From the NCBI GenBank assembly GCA_040386535.1, contig JAZKFH010000057.1, positions 13,331 through 77,330 on the forward strand: a stretch of 64,000 nucleotides of DNA. Reading direction: 5' to 3'. The translations under genes were made by a program, and so were the position numbers. The DNA is from Myxococcota bacterium (GTDB lineage Bacteria; Myxococcota_A; UBA796; SXON01). Positions 1-9,088 of this stretch are shown here, piece after piece (positions within the stretch are counted from its first letter, which is position 1; each line of letters begins with the position of its first letter). Below the pieces are notes generated by a model. That model was given only the letters and a program-made list of their open reading frames with translations, had not been told where the DNA came from and ran no database searches.

Positions 1-70
1 GGAGGTCGCCCTCCGCCGGGCGAGTTGCGACCTCGGTGGATTCGGGTCCGGTGATCTCTCGTTCAGACAT
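1..70 (-). CDS. Possible 5' end of a gene running off the left edge
   Basis: ATG at 70 on the minus strand reads MSEREITGPESTEVATRPAEGDL and stays open to the edge; an AT-richer intergenic region lies upstream. Confidence 0.3.
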   Translation of the reverse strand, partial: MSEREITGPESTEVATRPAEGDL

Positions 71-365
71 GACTATCGCTCCGCGTGTGTTCACCGCCCA
101 TGCGGGATCTCCTTGGCTTGCGCGATCACTATACTTGGCCTGTACCGTAATGGCGAACGCGAGGGTCGAACCCTTATGATCGGAGCAAAAACGAGAGAAG
201 GTACGTTTGAGCTAATCGTCTTGGTCTCGAAGGTGAAGAGCAGGAAGTGCGTCTCGCGAAAGATCACGCACAGCAGTCCCGGATTGCAGAACGAAGGTCC
301 GCCCGCTCACCGCCCCTGAAAGCCGCCCGACATGCCCCCAACCGAACGCGCGCTATGTTCGCCCG

Positions 366-1163
366 ATGACCCTTCTCCTCCTGCTCGCCTGCACCGGCGC
401 CGAGCCCGCCAAGGACTCCATCCCCCTCGACACCGCGTCCGAGGGTCACGACACCGGCGAGCCGCCGATCGACATCGACCAGCGCGCGGAGAACCTCGCC
501 TCCGGGCCGGGCGACTTCGCGGTCGACTACCTCGCGGGCGGCTACAGCTCGATCCAGGTCGAGGTGGACTGGGTCCAGGGCCACCCGCCGGACGAAGCCG
601 CGCTCAACACGCTCCGGACCAGCCTCGCGGGGCTGTGCGACAAGCCCGCGGGCATCGAGATCGTCCTCGACGACGAGCTGCCCGATCAGGGCGGGCCCGC
701 GTGGTCCTACGAGGCCGCGGAGGACCTGGAGATCGCGTGGCGCGACCGCTACCACGACCCCGCCACGGGCGTCGCGGTGATGTACTACCTCTACGTCGAC
801 GGGCACTCCGACAACGACACCGACGAGGGGCGCATCCTCGGGTACGCGTACCACGGGTCGAGCCTGATCATGTTCGCCGAGACGATGGCGGACGTGAGCG
901 GCGGCCTCCTGCTGGGGCTCGGGGGGGACGTCGAGCCGACGGTGCTCGTGCACGAGGCCGGCCACCTCCTCGGCCTGGTGAACAACGGCGTGGACATGGT
1001 GGAGGACCACCAGGACACCGAGCACGGCCACCACGACCAGAACGAGGACTGCATCATGTACTGGGCCGCCGAGACCGACGCGATCGGCGATCTGCTCGGC
1101 GGCGGTTTGCCCGACTTCGACGCGGAGTGCCGCGCCGACATGCAGGCGGCGGGCGGCTTGTAG
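366..1163 (+). CDS. Lipoprotein, zincin-like metalloprotease
   Basis: MTLLLLLAC lipobox; HEAGHLLGLVN zinc motif; downstream CIMYW Met-turn-like motif. Confidence 0.8.
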   Translation: MTLLLLLACTGAEPAKDSIPLDTASEGHDTGEPPIDIDQRAENLASGPGDFAVDYLAGGYSSIQVEVDWVQGHPPDEAALNTLRTSLAGLCDKPAGIEIVLDDELPDQGGPAWSYEAAEDLEIAWRDRYHDPATGVAVMYYLYVDGHSDNDTDEGRILGYAYHGSSLIMFAETMADVSGGLLLGLGGDVEPTVLVHEAGHLLGLVNNGVDMVEDHQDTEHGHHDQNEDCIMYWAAETDAIGDLLGGGLPDFDAECRADMQAAGGL

Positions 1164-1184
1164 CGGGATCGGTCGGCGCGAACG

Positions 1185-3134
1185 TCAGAAGCAGAACACG
1201 TCGCCGTACTCGTCTTCGTTGTTCGTCTCATCGCACTCGCGTTCGGTGTCCACGCCGGTGCCGTCGTCGTCGACCCGCACGATGAACCCGTACACGCCGA
1301 TGTCCGCGGGCGACAGCTCGACCTCGATCCCGTCGATCGACATGCCCATCGGCACCTCGGGGAGCACCACGGAGGTGATGAAGCGGGGCGAGGCGTCGTC
1401 GGCGTAGATGGCGACCAACGTACCGGCGGGCACGTCCTTTCCGCCCTGGTTGGTGACCTGGAACCCGAGGCGTACGGGGCCGTAGTCACAGTCGGCCACA
1501 CACACGTCGGTGATGTGGACGAGCAGGTCGGAGGTCGAGGGGTCATCGACCGAGGGGCGCGCGCGGAACACGTTGTAGACCTGCCAGGAGGGCTCCGGCG
1601 GGCTCGGCACGTGGCCGTCCGGCTCGATGTTGGTCACGGCGAAGTCGTGGGTGGCCCATGTGGTGCCCGACTTGGGCCAGCCGTCGCCCGAGTGGCCGAA
1701 AACGGTCACGCCCTTCCACGTGCCGCCGTTGTCGGCGACCACGATCTCGGCGGAGCCGTCGTTGTCCACGTCCGCGATGACCGGGTATTCCCACACCGTG
1801 CCCGACGCGTGGTCGCGGTTCTCGTAGAGGATCGTGCCGCTCGCCCCGTCGTAGATGCGGAACGCGATCTCGTCGGCGAACAACACCTCGTACGCGCCGT
1901 CGCCGTTCACGTCGAAGCCGGAGCAGCCCGCGAGGCCGGAGTTGTCCTGCATCGTGGCGCTCCACAGCCGCGTGCCGTCCGTGTCGAACACGCTGATCTG
2001 GGTGCTGTTGGGGACCGCGAGCTCGACCTCGCCGTCGCCGTCGAAGTCGGCCATGCACGGGGGGCCGGGGATGCTGCCGCCCGGCACCGTGAACGAGGTG
2101 ATCAGCGTGCCGTCGTCATCGTGGAGGTAGGCCATCCCGCCCGACACGAAGAACACCTCGCCCTCGGGGTCCCCGTCGACATCGGCCACCGCGCCGAAGT
2201 TGCCCGCGCCCGCCCCCGGGTTCGACCACAGGGCCACCCCGCTGCTGTTGTACACCTTGTTGCCGAGGATGATCTCCTGGCTCCCGTCCTGGTCGAGGTC
2301 GGCGGCGATCGGCGTGCGCCACGAGTTGGTGATACCGGTGAGCGTCGCGACCGTAGTTCCGTCCTCCCCGTTGACCACGCCGACGTCGCCGATCACCTCG
2401 GGCATCCCGTCGTTGTCGAGGTCGGCCACCGTCGGCTGCGGATACGCCATCATCGCGAAGCTCGCGGACACCCACTCGGCGGTGCCCGTCGCGTCGACCG
2501 CGGCGATGCGGTAGCCCGACTGGATGGCGATGATCTCGGGGTCGCCGTCGGCGTCCACGTCCGCGATCGTCACCCCGCCCTGCCCGTCGTAGCCGCTCAC
2601 CTCGAACAGCTCGGCGCCGGTCGCGCCGTCGAGCGCCACCAGCGTGTTCGACGACCACGTGGTGAACACGATCTCGGGCACGTCGTTCTCGTCCACCTGC
2701 CCGTCGCCGTTGTCGTCGTTCAGGTTTCCGACCGCGGGCATCACGATGACGCCGCTGCCGGCCGACGTGTACTGGTACTCGATCACCGCGTCCCACGGGT
2801 CGATCACCTCGCTGGACGTGGTGCCGGCGCACTCCTCGAGGACGGGGACGTCGTGCGCCGTGCCGACGTCGAGCACCGGGCACTCCACGTCGAGGCAATC
2901 CACCCGCCCGTTCCCGTTCGCGTCGGGAAAGTCCTCGTCGACCGTGCCGTCCCCGTCATCGTCGACACCGTTGCACTCCTCGACCGGCACCTCGACGTCC
3001 GTGTCCTCGATGTCCGTGTCGGGAGGCTCGGCGGTCTCGCCCTCCTCGAACTCCGGCTCCTTGTCCTTGCTGGTGATCGTGTTGTCGACGGCGCAGCCGG
3101 CGAGCAGGAGCGTGACGAGGAAGGGGCGGTACAT
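1185..3134 (-). CDS. Lipoprotein with FG-GAP/VCBS-like repeats, a MopE-like metal-binding motif and a C-terminal CARDB-like domain
   Basis: Start re-assigned to MYRPFLVTLLLAGC; EECNGVDDDGDGTVDE; repeated AD(L/V)DxDGxxE(I/V) motifs; C-terminal ECDETNN. Confidence 0.8.
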   Translation of the reverse strand: MYRPFLVTLLLAGCAVDNTITSKDKEPEFEEGETAEPPDTDIEDTDVEVPVEECNGVDDDGDGTVDEDFPDANGNGRVDCLDVECPVLDVGTAHDVPVLEECAGTTSSEVIDPWDAVIEYQYTSAGSGVIVMPAVGNLNDDNGDGQVDENDVPEIVFTTWSSNTLVALDGATGAELFEVSGYDGQGGVTIADVDADGDPEIIAIQSGYRIAAVDATGTAEWVSASFAMMAYPQPTVADLDNDGMPEVIGDVGVVNGEDGTTVATLTGITNSWRTPIAADLDQDGSQEIILGNKVYNSSGVALWSNPGAGAGNFGAVADVDGDPEGEVFFVSGGMAYLHDDDGTLITSFTVPGGSIPGPPCMADFDGDGEVELAVPNSTQISVFDTDGTRLWSATMQDNSGLAGCSGFDVNGDGAYEVLFADEIAFRIYDGASGTILYENRDHASGTVWEYPVIADVDNDGSAEIVVADNGGTWKGVTVFGHSGDGWPKSGTTWATHDFAVTNIEPDGHVPSPPEPSWQVYNVFRARPSVDDPSTSDLLVHITDVCVADCDYGPVRLGFQVTNQGGKDVPAGTLVAIYADDASPRFITSVVLPEVPMGMSIDGIEVELSPADIGVYGFIVRVDDDGTGVDTERECDETNNEDEYGDVFCF

Positions 3135-3196
3135 GGGGGCTCCGGGTGGCGGGCCCATCGTAGACGACTTCACGCTTCTTGGACAAACGATCCTGT

Positions 3197-3320
3197 GGGC
3201 GCCCCCGCTTCGCGGTCGGCCCCCTGCAGGCTCGCTGCGCTCGGTCCGTCCGCGCCCCGAGGACGGTGCACGGCCGGGACCGGCCGCGCGGCGCGGCCGC
3301 CTTCCGGGCGCCTGGCGCGG
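3197..3320 (+). repeat. Multi-hairpin intergenic repeat, family H, copy 1
   Basis: GGGCGCCCC..GTCGGCCCCCT..CTCG[hairpin]CTCGGTCC..GGACCGGCCGC..CCGGGCGCCTGGCGCGG, shared with copies at 9657, 47961, 55570 and 63619. Confidence 0.75.
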
Positions 3321-3532
3321 GGCTCGATACAGAGGGGTGAGCTCGCCTCGCGTGCTGCTCCTGTTGACCCTGTTCGGATGTGGCCGAACGAGGGGTCGGC
3401 GGACGCCGCCGACCATGACAACCTCGTCTACTACCGCTGGTTCGTGTGTACCTACATCGGGGACCCGGGAACGTTCGGCCCGTGCAGCTTTGGCTGAGCG
3501 TGGCGGTCGTCCCGTTCGGCTTCCCGATGAGC

Positions 3533-4177
3533 CTACGTCTGCGAGAATGTGTTGGCGTCCTCCTCGTGGCGGGCCCACCACGCCTCGATCGAGGGAAGCA
3601 GGTCCACCGCGGGCCACCGGGGATCCGCCTCGGCGCGCCATGTCAGGTGCACGACCGCCAGCGGCGCGTCTTCCCGCGTCGTGACGAACAGCACGGTGTC
3701 CGCGTCGTCACGCCTCCCCACCGCCCGGACCAGCACGCCATGCAGTGCGTGGCCGGGTGGAACCTCCCGCCGCAGCTCCTCCTCCAGGTTTCCGCGGCTC
3801 ACAGCTATCCAAGGCGGCGCCAGTTGCGCGCCCGTGAGGGCGGCGAGGGCCGCGCGGAGGCCGGCCAAGGCGGCATCCACGTTCGTTTGGACGCGCGTTC
3901 CCACACGAATCCGTGCGCCCGGGGGGGCGTCCTGTCTGGTCGCCTCGTAAAGAAGGAGCGCCGCACGCTCGTCGGGCGTCGCGGACGTCCGCAGCAACCA
4001 CTCCCGGGTCGCTTTCACGCAGCTCGGTGCGCATCCTGGCGTTGACACCTCCGCGATGACGGTCTGCCCGAAAGGCAGGTCGCGCCTGTCACTCCCGAAC
4101 ACCACCGCGACGCCGCGATCCGTGATGTCGAACGAGGCTTCGACCGTGGCTTCCCAGATTCCGGCGTTGACGAGCAT
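3533..4177 (-). CDS. Hypothetical protein
   Basis: Starts MLVNAGIWEA 2 nt after the upstream stop; globular-looking C-terminus (LEEELRREVPPGHALHG...RRDDADTVLF...VVHLTW). Confidence 0.55.
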   Translation of the reverse strand: MLVNAGIWEATVEASFDITDRGVAVVFGSDRRDLPFGQTVIAEVSTPGCAPSCVKATREWLLRTSATPDERAALLLYEATRQDAPPGARIRVGTRVQTNVDAALAGLRAALAALTGAQLAPPWIAVSRGNLEEELRREVPPGHALHGVLVRAVGRRDDADTVLFVTTREDAPLAVVHLTWRAEADPRWPAVDLLPSIEAWWARHEEDANTFSQT

Positions 4178-4179
4178 GC

Positions 4180-4554
4180 TCAATAGTAGAACGCAAATTC
4201 GTAGTGCCACTCGTCGTACTTCTTCGCGACATTCAGGCGGTAATACTTGGCGGCCTCGAGGTTGATGAGGATGTTGTGTTTCTCGTCGCCCTTGCCGTGG
4301 TACAGCTCGAGCTGTGTCGGCACGCCGTCCCGCTCGAACAGCTCGAAGCTCTGGTAGTCGCGCCCGGTCACGACGATGGGCTCCGTGCCCGTGCCGAAGT
4401 GCAGCGTGAACGACACCTGGTCGTCCTTCGGCCCGTCTCCCTCGCCGAGCGCGGCGCCGTTGCGCAGCTCCTTGACCATGGCGCCCGCGTCGGAGCGGGA
4501 GGGGAGGGTGAGTAGGGCGAGAAAGGCGACAGCAGCAAGGGCGCGGGTGAACAT
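4180..4554 (-). CDS. Small secreted hypothetical protein
   Basis: Signal peptide MFTRALAAVAFLALLTLPSRSDA; GGAG RBS; typical codon usage. Confidence 0.7.
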   Translation of the reverse strand: MFTRALAAVAFLALLTLPSRSDAGAMVKELRNGAALGEGDGPKDDQVSFTLHFGTGTEPIVVTGRDYQSFELFERDGVPTQLELYHGKGDEKHNILINLEAAKYYRLNVAKKYDEWHYEFAFYY

Positions 4555-4647
4555 CGGGCTCCGGTGGGGAGCGGGAGTGTACGACGTCTCGCGTCGCGCC
4601 GGGGCGTCGAATCCCGCCACGTCCCAAGCGCTCGGATAAAGGCTCGC

Positions 4648-5052
4648 ATGGCGAACCGCCTCCCGATCCGCTCCCTCCTGTGGTTCGACTGCGCCGCCGG
4701 CGGGGTGGCCGGCGTCGTGATGCTCGCCCTCTCCGGCCTGCTCGCGCCGCTGTTCGGTATCCCGCACGCCGTGCTCGTGACCACGGCGCTCGCCAACCTG
4801 GCCTACGGCGCGTTCTCGTACTCGCTGGCCCGGCAACCGGAGGCGCCGCGTCGCCACGTGCGGGCGCTCGTCCTGGCCAACTTCGCGTGGACGGGCGTTT
4901 GTGTGGCACTCGCAGCGATCTTCGCCGGCCCTGGAAGTTGGCTCGGCGCCGGCTATCTGCTCGCGGAGGGACTGTTCGTGGGCGCCCTCGCCGCCGTGGA
5001 GGCCAGGGCCCTGACGGCTCAGCCCAAGTCGTCCTTGGAGACGACCGCGTAG
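4648..5052 (+). CDS. Small integral membrane protein (about 4 TM)
   Basis: MANRLPIRSLLWFD followed by four hydrophobic segments. Confidence 0.7.
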   Translation: MANRLPIRSLLWFDCAAGGVAGVVMLALSGLLAPLFGIPHAVLVTTALANLAYGAFSYSLARQPEAPRRHVRALVLANFAWTGVCVALAAIFAGPGSWLGAGYLLAEGLFVGALAAVEARALTAQPKSSLETTA

Positions 5053-5060
5053 GAGGCCGC

Positions 5061-5714
5061 CTATCCCTTCAGCTTCGCTGCCAGGGCCTCGTTGAAAGCC
5101 TCGTCCCGAGCCACGAACCGCTTGAACGCGGGCCGCTCGCCGCAACGGGCGAAGTAGGCTTCGAACCGCGGCCTGGCCTCCAGGCTTCGGGTGATCAGCC
5201 CCCAGCCGATCTCGGAGGCGATGTACACGTCGGCGGCGGAGAACGTCTCCCCCAGGATGAACGGGCCCGGCGAGAGCGCCCCTTCGAGCGCGTTCAGCGT
5301 GTCGGCGTAGGTGCCGTAGCCCAGCGCGCCGGGCCGCTCGGGGGGCGGGCGCTCGAACATCCGGTCGACGAGCGCCGGCTCCACACACCCGGCTCCGAAG
5401 AAGAGCCACCGGAGCCACGTCGCACGCCTCGGATCGTCCAGCGCGGGGGCGAGACCCGCGCTCGGAAACCGGTCGGCGAGGTAGGTGCAGATGGCGGCGG
5501 CCTCCGTGACGACGACATCGCCGTGCACGAGGGTCGGGATCTTCCCCATCGGGTTGAGCGCCAGGAAGCCGGCCGCCTTGTTCTCCCCCTTCGCGAAGTC
5601 GATCAGGACGACGTCGTAGGGGACCCCCACCTCCTCCAGCATCCAGTGCGCGATGCGGCCGCGGGACATCGGGTTGTGGTACAGCGTGAGCGTCGGCTCC
5701 ATGGGGACCTCCAA
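5061..5714 (-). CDS. Glutathione S-transferase family protein
   Basis: NPMGKIPTL, TEAAAICTYL and FSAADVY motifs; the true start may be the second Met near 5703. Confidence 0.9.
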   Translation of the reverse strand: MEVPMEPTLTLYHNPMSRGRIAHWMLEEVGVPYDVVLIDFAKGENKAAGFLALNPMGKIPTLVHGDVVVTEAAAICTYLADRFPSAGLAPALDDPRRATWLRWLFFGAGCVEPALVDRMFERPPPERPGALGYGTYADTLNALEGALSPGPFILGETFSAADVYIASEIGWGLITRSLEARPRFEAYFARCGERPAFKRFVARDEAFNEALAAKLKG

Positions 5715-5742
5715 GCACTCTTAGCCACATGGGGACGTCCGG

Positions 5743-5805
5743 GAGGTGCAACGTGCGGGTTGCACCTCGGGCAGGGGGCGGCTACGTGCAACCCGGAGCT
5801 TGCAC
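5743..5805. promoter_or_regulatory. Twin palindromic operators (GTGCAAC-N6-STTGCAC), probable ArsR sites
   Basis: GAGGTGCAAC-GTGCGG-GTTGCACCTC at 5743-5768 and GTGCAAC-CCGGAG-CTTGCAC at 5786-5805, between the divergent GST and SRPBCC-ArsR genes. Confidence 0.7.
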
Positions 5806-6264
5806 ATGACCACATCGTCCACCGACCGCATCGAAAAGAGCGTCCTGCTCCGCGTCCCTCCGGCCAGGGTCTGGCGTGCGTTGACCGATGCCGACGAGTT
5901 CGGCGCCTGGTTCGGGGTGGCGCTCACGACGCCGTTTCGCGTGGGCGAACCAACGTTGGGACGGATCACCCACCCGGGCTACGAGCACCTGACGATGGAG
6001 GTGCAGGTCGTCGCCGTGGAGCCCGAGCGCCGATTCGCGCTGGAGTGGCATCCGTACGCGGTGAACCCGGACACCGACTACGCTGCAGAGCCCACCACTC
6101 TGGTCGAGTTCCTCCTGGAGCCCGTCCCGGAGGGCACCCGGCTCACCGTCATCGAGTCCGGCTTCGACCGGCTCCCGGCGGCCCGACGCGCCGAGGCCTT
6201 CCGGATGAACGAGGGCGGCTGGGAAGCACAGCTCGCCAACGTCCAGGCCCATGTCGGCGGTTGA
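5806..6264 (+). CDS. SRPBCC (AHSA1/START-like) family protein
   Basis: DRIEKSVLLRVPPARVWRALTD...WFG; GTRLTVIESGF; GW motif. Confidence 0.9.
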   Translation: MTTSSTDRIEKSVLLRVPPARVWRALTDADEFGAWFGVALTTPFRVGEPTLGRITHPGYEHLTMEVQVVAVEPERRFALEWHPYAVNPDTDYAAEPTTLVEFLLEPVPEGTRLTVIESGFDRLPAARRAEAFRMNEGGWEAQLANVQAHVGG

Positions 6265-6604
6265 TTCGCAGGTCGAGGCCCGCGCCGCCATGTTGGCGCC
6301 TCTGTTCGCCGCGTTGGGCGACACCACACGACTTCGGCTCGTCGCACGCCTCGCCGCCGGCGGCCCTGGCTCCGCGACGCTGCTCAGCGCCCACGCCGCG
6401 GTGTCACGCCAGGCGATCGTGACACACCTCGGCGTCCTGGAGGGCGTCGGCCTCGTGCGCAGTGAGCGCCGCGGGCGCGAGCGCGTGTGGGAGCTTCATC
6501 CCGACCGGCTGGCGGACGCGCACGCGTACCTCGACGAGGTTTCGCAGCAGTGGGACGATGCGCTTGCTCGGCTTCGGGAGTTCGTGGAGCGTGAAGATCG
6601 CTGA
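6251..6604 (+). CDS. ArsR/SmtB family transcriptional regulator
   Basis: FAALGDTTRLRL, SRQAIVTHLGVLEGVGLV and GRER motifs; overlaps the SRPBCC stop. Confidence 0.9.
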   Translation: MSAVDSQVEARAAMLAPLFAALGDTTRLRLVARLAAGGPGSATLLSAHAAVSRQAIVTHLGVLEGVGLVRSERRGRERVWELHPDRLADAHAYLDEVSQQWDDALARLREFVEREDR

Positions 6605-6691
6605 CGTGCGCGAGGGGGCGGCCTTCCGTTCGGTCTGTGATCACACGCAGGAGCCCGCGGATGAACGCCACTCGGTGGTCCACCGCCGGCG

Positions 6692-7018
6692 CTACGCAGG
6701 AAACGCCTCGTTCAACTCTGCGCCCGTGAAACGCAGTTGGGAGGGCAGCTGCGGGTCCAGGAGGAACACCATGTCGGGCGTAGAGATCTGCGCGAGAAGG
6801 CTGCGATGGATGGCATAGGTGGGCATTCCGAGGCCCCCTGCGCCCACCGACGCGCTCAGCGCCTGCGCGGAGGTGAACAGGGGGATTATGTGCTCGCCCC
6901 CTACCACGTAGTCTTGCAAGGCCAACACGTTGCTGGTCAGTTCAGGCTGCGTGGCGAGCACCACGATCGGCATCTCCGGTACGCAGCGGCGAACCTCTTC
7001 GAGTCTGGTTGCTACCAT
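6692..7018 (-). CDS. Hypothetical protein (weakly SseB-like)
   Basis: GGAGG RBS before ATG; IIPLFTS motif; atypical codon usage. Confidence 0.45.
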   Translation of the reverse strand: MVATRLEEVRRCVPEMPIVVLATQPELTSNVLALQDYVVGGEHIIPLFTSAQALSASVGAGGLGMPTYAIHRSLLAQISTPDMVFLLDPQLPSQLRFTGAELNEAFPA

Positions 7019-7313
7019 CGATCCTCCCGCGTTCCTGCGCGCCCGCGCATCGTAACTCCGAGCGTCGACCGCCGCGAGCTTCCCAACGGAGGTACCCGCC
7101 CGACCCGGCCGTAGACGACGCGGGCGTCGGTCGCTCGTCAGCCGGTGGGATGAACACGGTGTTCCTCCCCAACCAGCACCGATGCCGCCGGGTCGAGTGC
7201 CTCGCTGTCAGCTCTACAGACCCGACCCGGTATTCTTCGACATCCGAACCCTCCGTGTGGCCGGCCACCGTAGTTCGGTTGTAGCTCGTCAAACGAGAGC
7301 CAGTGTGCGCCGT

Positions 7314-7462
7314 GCGCGCCGAACTCGTGGGATGTGTCATCATCCAGCGACTTCGGACGCTCCAGCGCGCCGAACTCGTGGGATGTGTCGTCATCCAGCG
7401 ACTTCGGACGCTCCAGCGCGCCGAACTCCAGGGATGTGTCATCATCCAACGACTTCGGACGC
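7314..7462. repeat. Tandem array of three 51-bp imperfect-palindrome units
   Basis: Units start at 7314, 7365 and 7416: GCGCGCCGAACTCGTGGGATG-N6-CATCCAGCGACTTCGGACGC. Confidence 0.9.
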
Positions 7463-7541
7463 CCGCCCAAGCTCGGGGTGTCACCTGCGCGCTGGCCCAC
7501 CTGCTTGCGACCCCGGAGCGCGCTGAGGTAGCCTCGCCCCC

Positions 7542-8237
7542 ATGAAGGTCATCGGCGCGGGATTCGGTCGCACGGGCACCCTGACGCTCAAGCTCGCCCT
7601 CGAGGAGCTCGGCTTCGGCCCGTGCTACCACATGGCAGAGGTGTTCTCGCATCCGTCGCACGTGCCGGTTTGGGAGGCGGCGACCCGGGGCGAGCCGGTT
7701 GATTGGGCGGCGTTGTTCGACGGGTGGGGCGCCACGGTCGACTGGCCCGCATGCGCCTTTCATGGCGAGATCCTGGCGAGTCATCCCGAGGCGAAGGTCG
7801 TCCTCGGGGTCCGCGATCCGGAGCGGTGGTACCAGAGCTGCCGGAGCACGATCTACCTGCCGGGACACCTGTTTCCGTTGAGCGTGGTGTTGCCACGGCT
7901 TCCGGGCATGGGGCGGGTGTCGCGCATGGCGGTGGAACTCATCTGGCGGAAGACGTTCGGCGGCCGGTTCGAAGACAAGGCGCACGCGATTCGTGTGTAC
8001 CAGGAACACATCGACGCCGCCCGACGCGACGTGCCGCCCGAGAAGCTCCTGGTGTTCGATGTGCGTGATGGCTGGGCGCCGCTGTGTGCTTTCCTCGGCG
8101 TGCCGGTCCCGTCACGCCCCTTTCCCCACGCAAACGACGGGGTGACCGCGCGGCGGGCCATCCTGGCGATGAACGTGATGGCGTGGGGCGTGTTGCTGCT
8201 TCCGGTGGTCGGGCTCCTCTGGTGGGCGTCGAGCTGA
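7542..8237 (+). CDS. Sulfotransferase-like P-loop protein (Sulfotransfer_4 type)
   Basis: MKVIGAGFGRTGTLTLKLAL, PCYHM, DWP, GWAPLCAFLG and PFPHAN motifs. Confidence 0.85.
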   Translation: MKVIGAGFGRTGTLTLKLALEELGFGPCYHMAEVFSHPSHVPVWEAATRGEPVDWAALFDGWGATVDWPACAFHGEILASHPEAKVVLGVRDPERWYQSCRSTIYLPGHLFPLSVVLPRLPGMGRVSRMAVELIWRKTFGGRFEDKAHAIRVYQEHIDAARRDVPPEKLLVFDVRDGWAPLCAFLGVPVPSRPFPHANDGVTARRAILAMNVMAWGVLLLPVVGLLWWASS

Positions 8238-8250
8238 TTTCCGAGCTTCC

Positions 8251-9087
8251 CTACGCGGGTGACACCCGGGCCAAGAACTTGTCACACACCTCACCAATCG
8301 CCACGCCATCCAATGTGGCCGTGCCGCACCCGTCGCAGACCTGCGGCGTCCAGGTGACCACGAGCGTCGCGTCGCCCACCAACATCCAGCCGCCCCAGGG
8401 CTCCTCCGCGCACGACGTGTCGGGGTACGCCTCGGCAATCAGGCAGTATTCACCGGGTTCGCCTTCGTCGGGGGTGGCGTCGTACCTGCCATGCATCGTA
8501 TAGGACACGCCGGGCACAAACGTCTCCACCGTCTGGACATCCCACACGCCGCCACGCTCCGGGAACGGGTACCCGCGCAGGTCGAGGCGGAAGTGCCGAT
8601 CGATCGACGCCGCACCGCTCGCGTCCTGCGTGTACGCCGAGATGCCGTCGAACGCTACGTCGTACCATGACAGGTAGGAGTCCACGTAGTGGACGGAATC
8701 GCCCTCCTCGGCCTCGTACTCGTTCCCGTCGCCGCCATACGCCTCGGTGTGGGTCCAGCGCCCCTCCCAGGAGACCCCGTCCGTCACGCACGCGCCCGAC
8801 CATGTCTCGGTCCCGTCGCCGGTGGCGGCGGTAGGACATCCCCAATCCCTGGCGTAGTCGTTGAAGTCGAGAGACAGCATGAATACGTCGCGGTGGTTGG
8901 GCCCGTACAAGCTGGTCAGGGACGACAAGGTCGCGGCGTCCACGTGCCGCGGATCCGTGAGATTGCACTCGAGTGCGGGCGGCTCCCAAGCGGCGGGCAG
9001 GTCGGTATCCCCCGTGTCCCGCGAGTCGTTGGTGAGGTTGGTGTCGTTCGGCGGCTTGTCCAACCCGCAGGCGAGCAGGAGGAACAT
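8251..9087 (-). CDS. Hypothetical lipoprotein
   Basis: MFLLLAC lipobox and a DTGDTD linker; follows directly on the upstream gene. Confidence 0.7.
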   Translation of the reverse strand: MFLLLACGLDKPPNDTNLTNDSRDTGDTDLPAAWEPPALECNLTDPRHVDAATLSSLTSLYGPNHRDVFMLSLDFNDYARDWGCPTAATGDGTETWSGACVTDGVSWEGRWTHTEAYGGDGNEYEAEEGDSVHYVDSYLSWYDVAFDGISAYTQDASGAASIDRHFRLDLRGYPFPERGGVWDVQTVETFVPGVSYTMHGRYDATPDEGEPGEYCLIAEAYPDTSCAEEPWGGWMLVGDATLVVTWTPQVCDGCGTATLDGVAIGEVCDKFLARVSPA

Positions 9088-9088
9088 G

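Noticed and set aside
3197..3320. Integron attC sites as the identity of family H
   Set aside because: No RYYYAAC/GTTRRRY ends, mixed orientations, no cassette array and no integrase.
1515..3497. Long antisense or alternate-frame ORFs (e.g. 1515-3497, 9955-12147, 15019-17415, 28891-31188, 45085-47439, 49692-52154)
   Set aside because: These are shadow ORFs expected at very high GC; they are Arg/Gly/Pro-rich, lack motifs and overlap well-supported genes.
3330..3497. Short + strand peptide ending ..NLVYYRWFVCTYIGDPGTFGPCSFG
   Set aside because: It looks protein-like and could be a gene remnant, but it is too short and lacks a supported start.
7314..7462. Possible CRISPR array (also 54124-54271 and 58246-58404)
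   Set aside because: Units repeat end to end without unique spacers, and no cas genes are present in the window.
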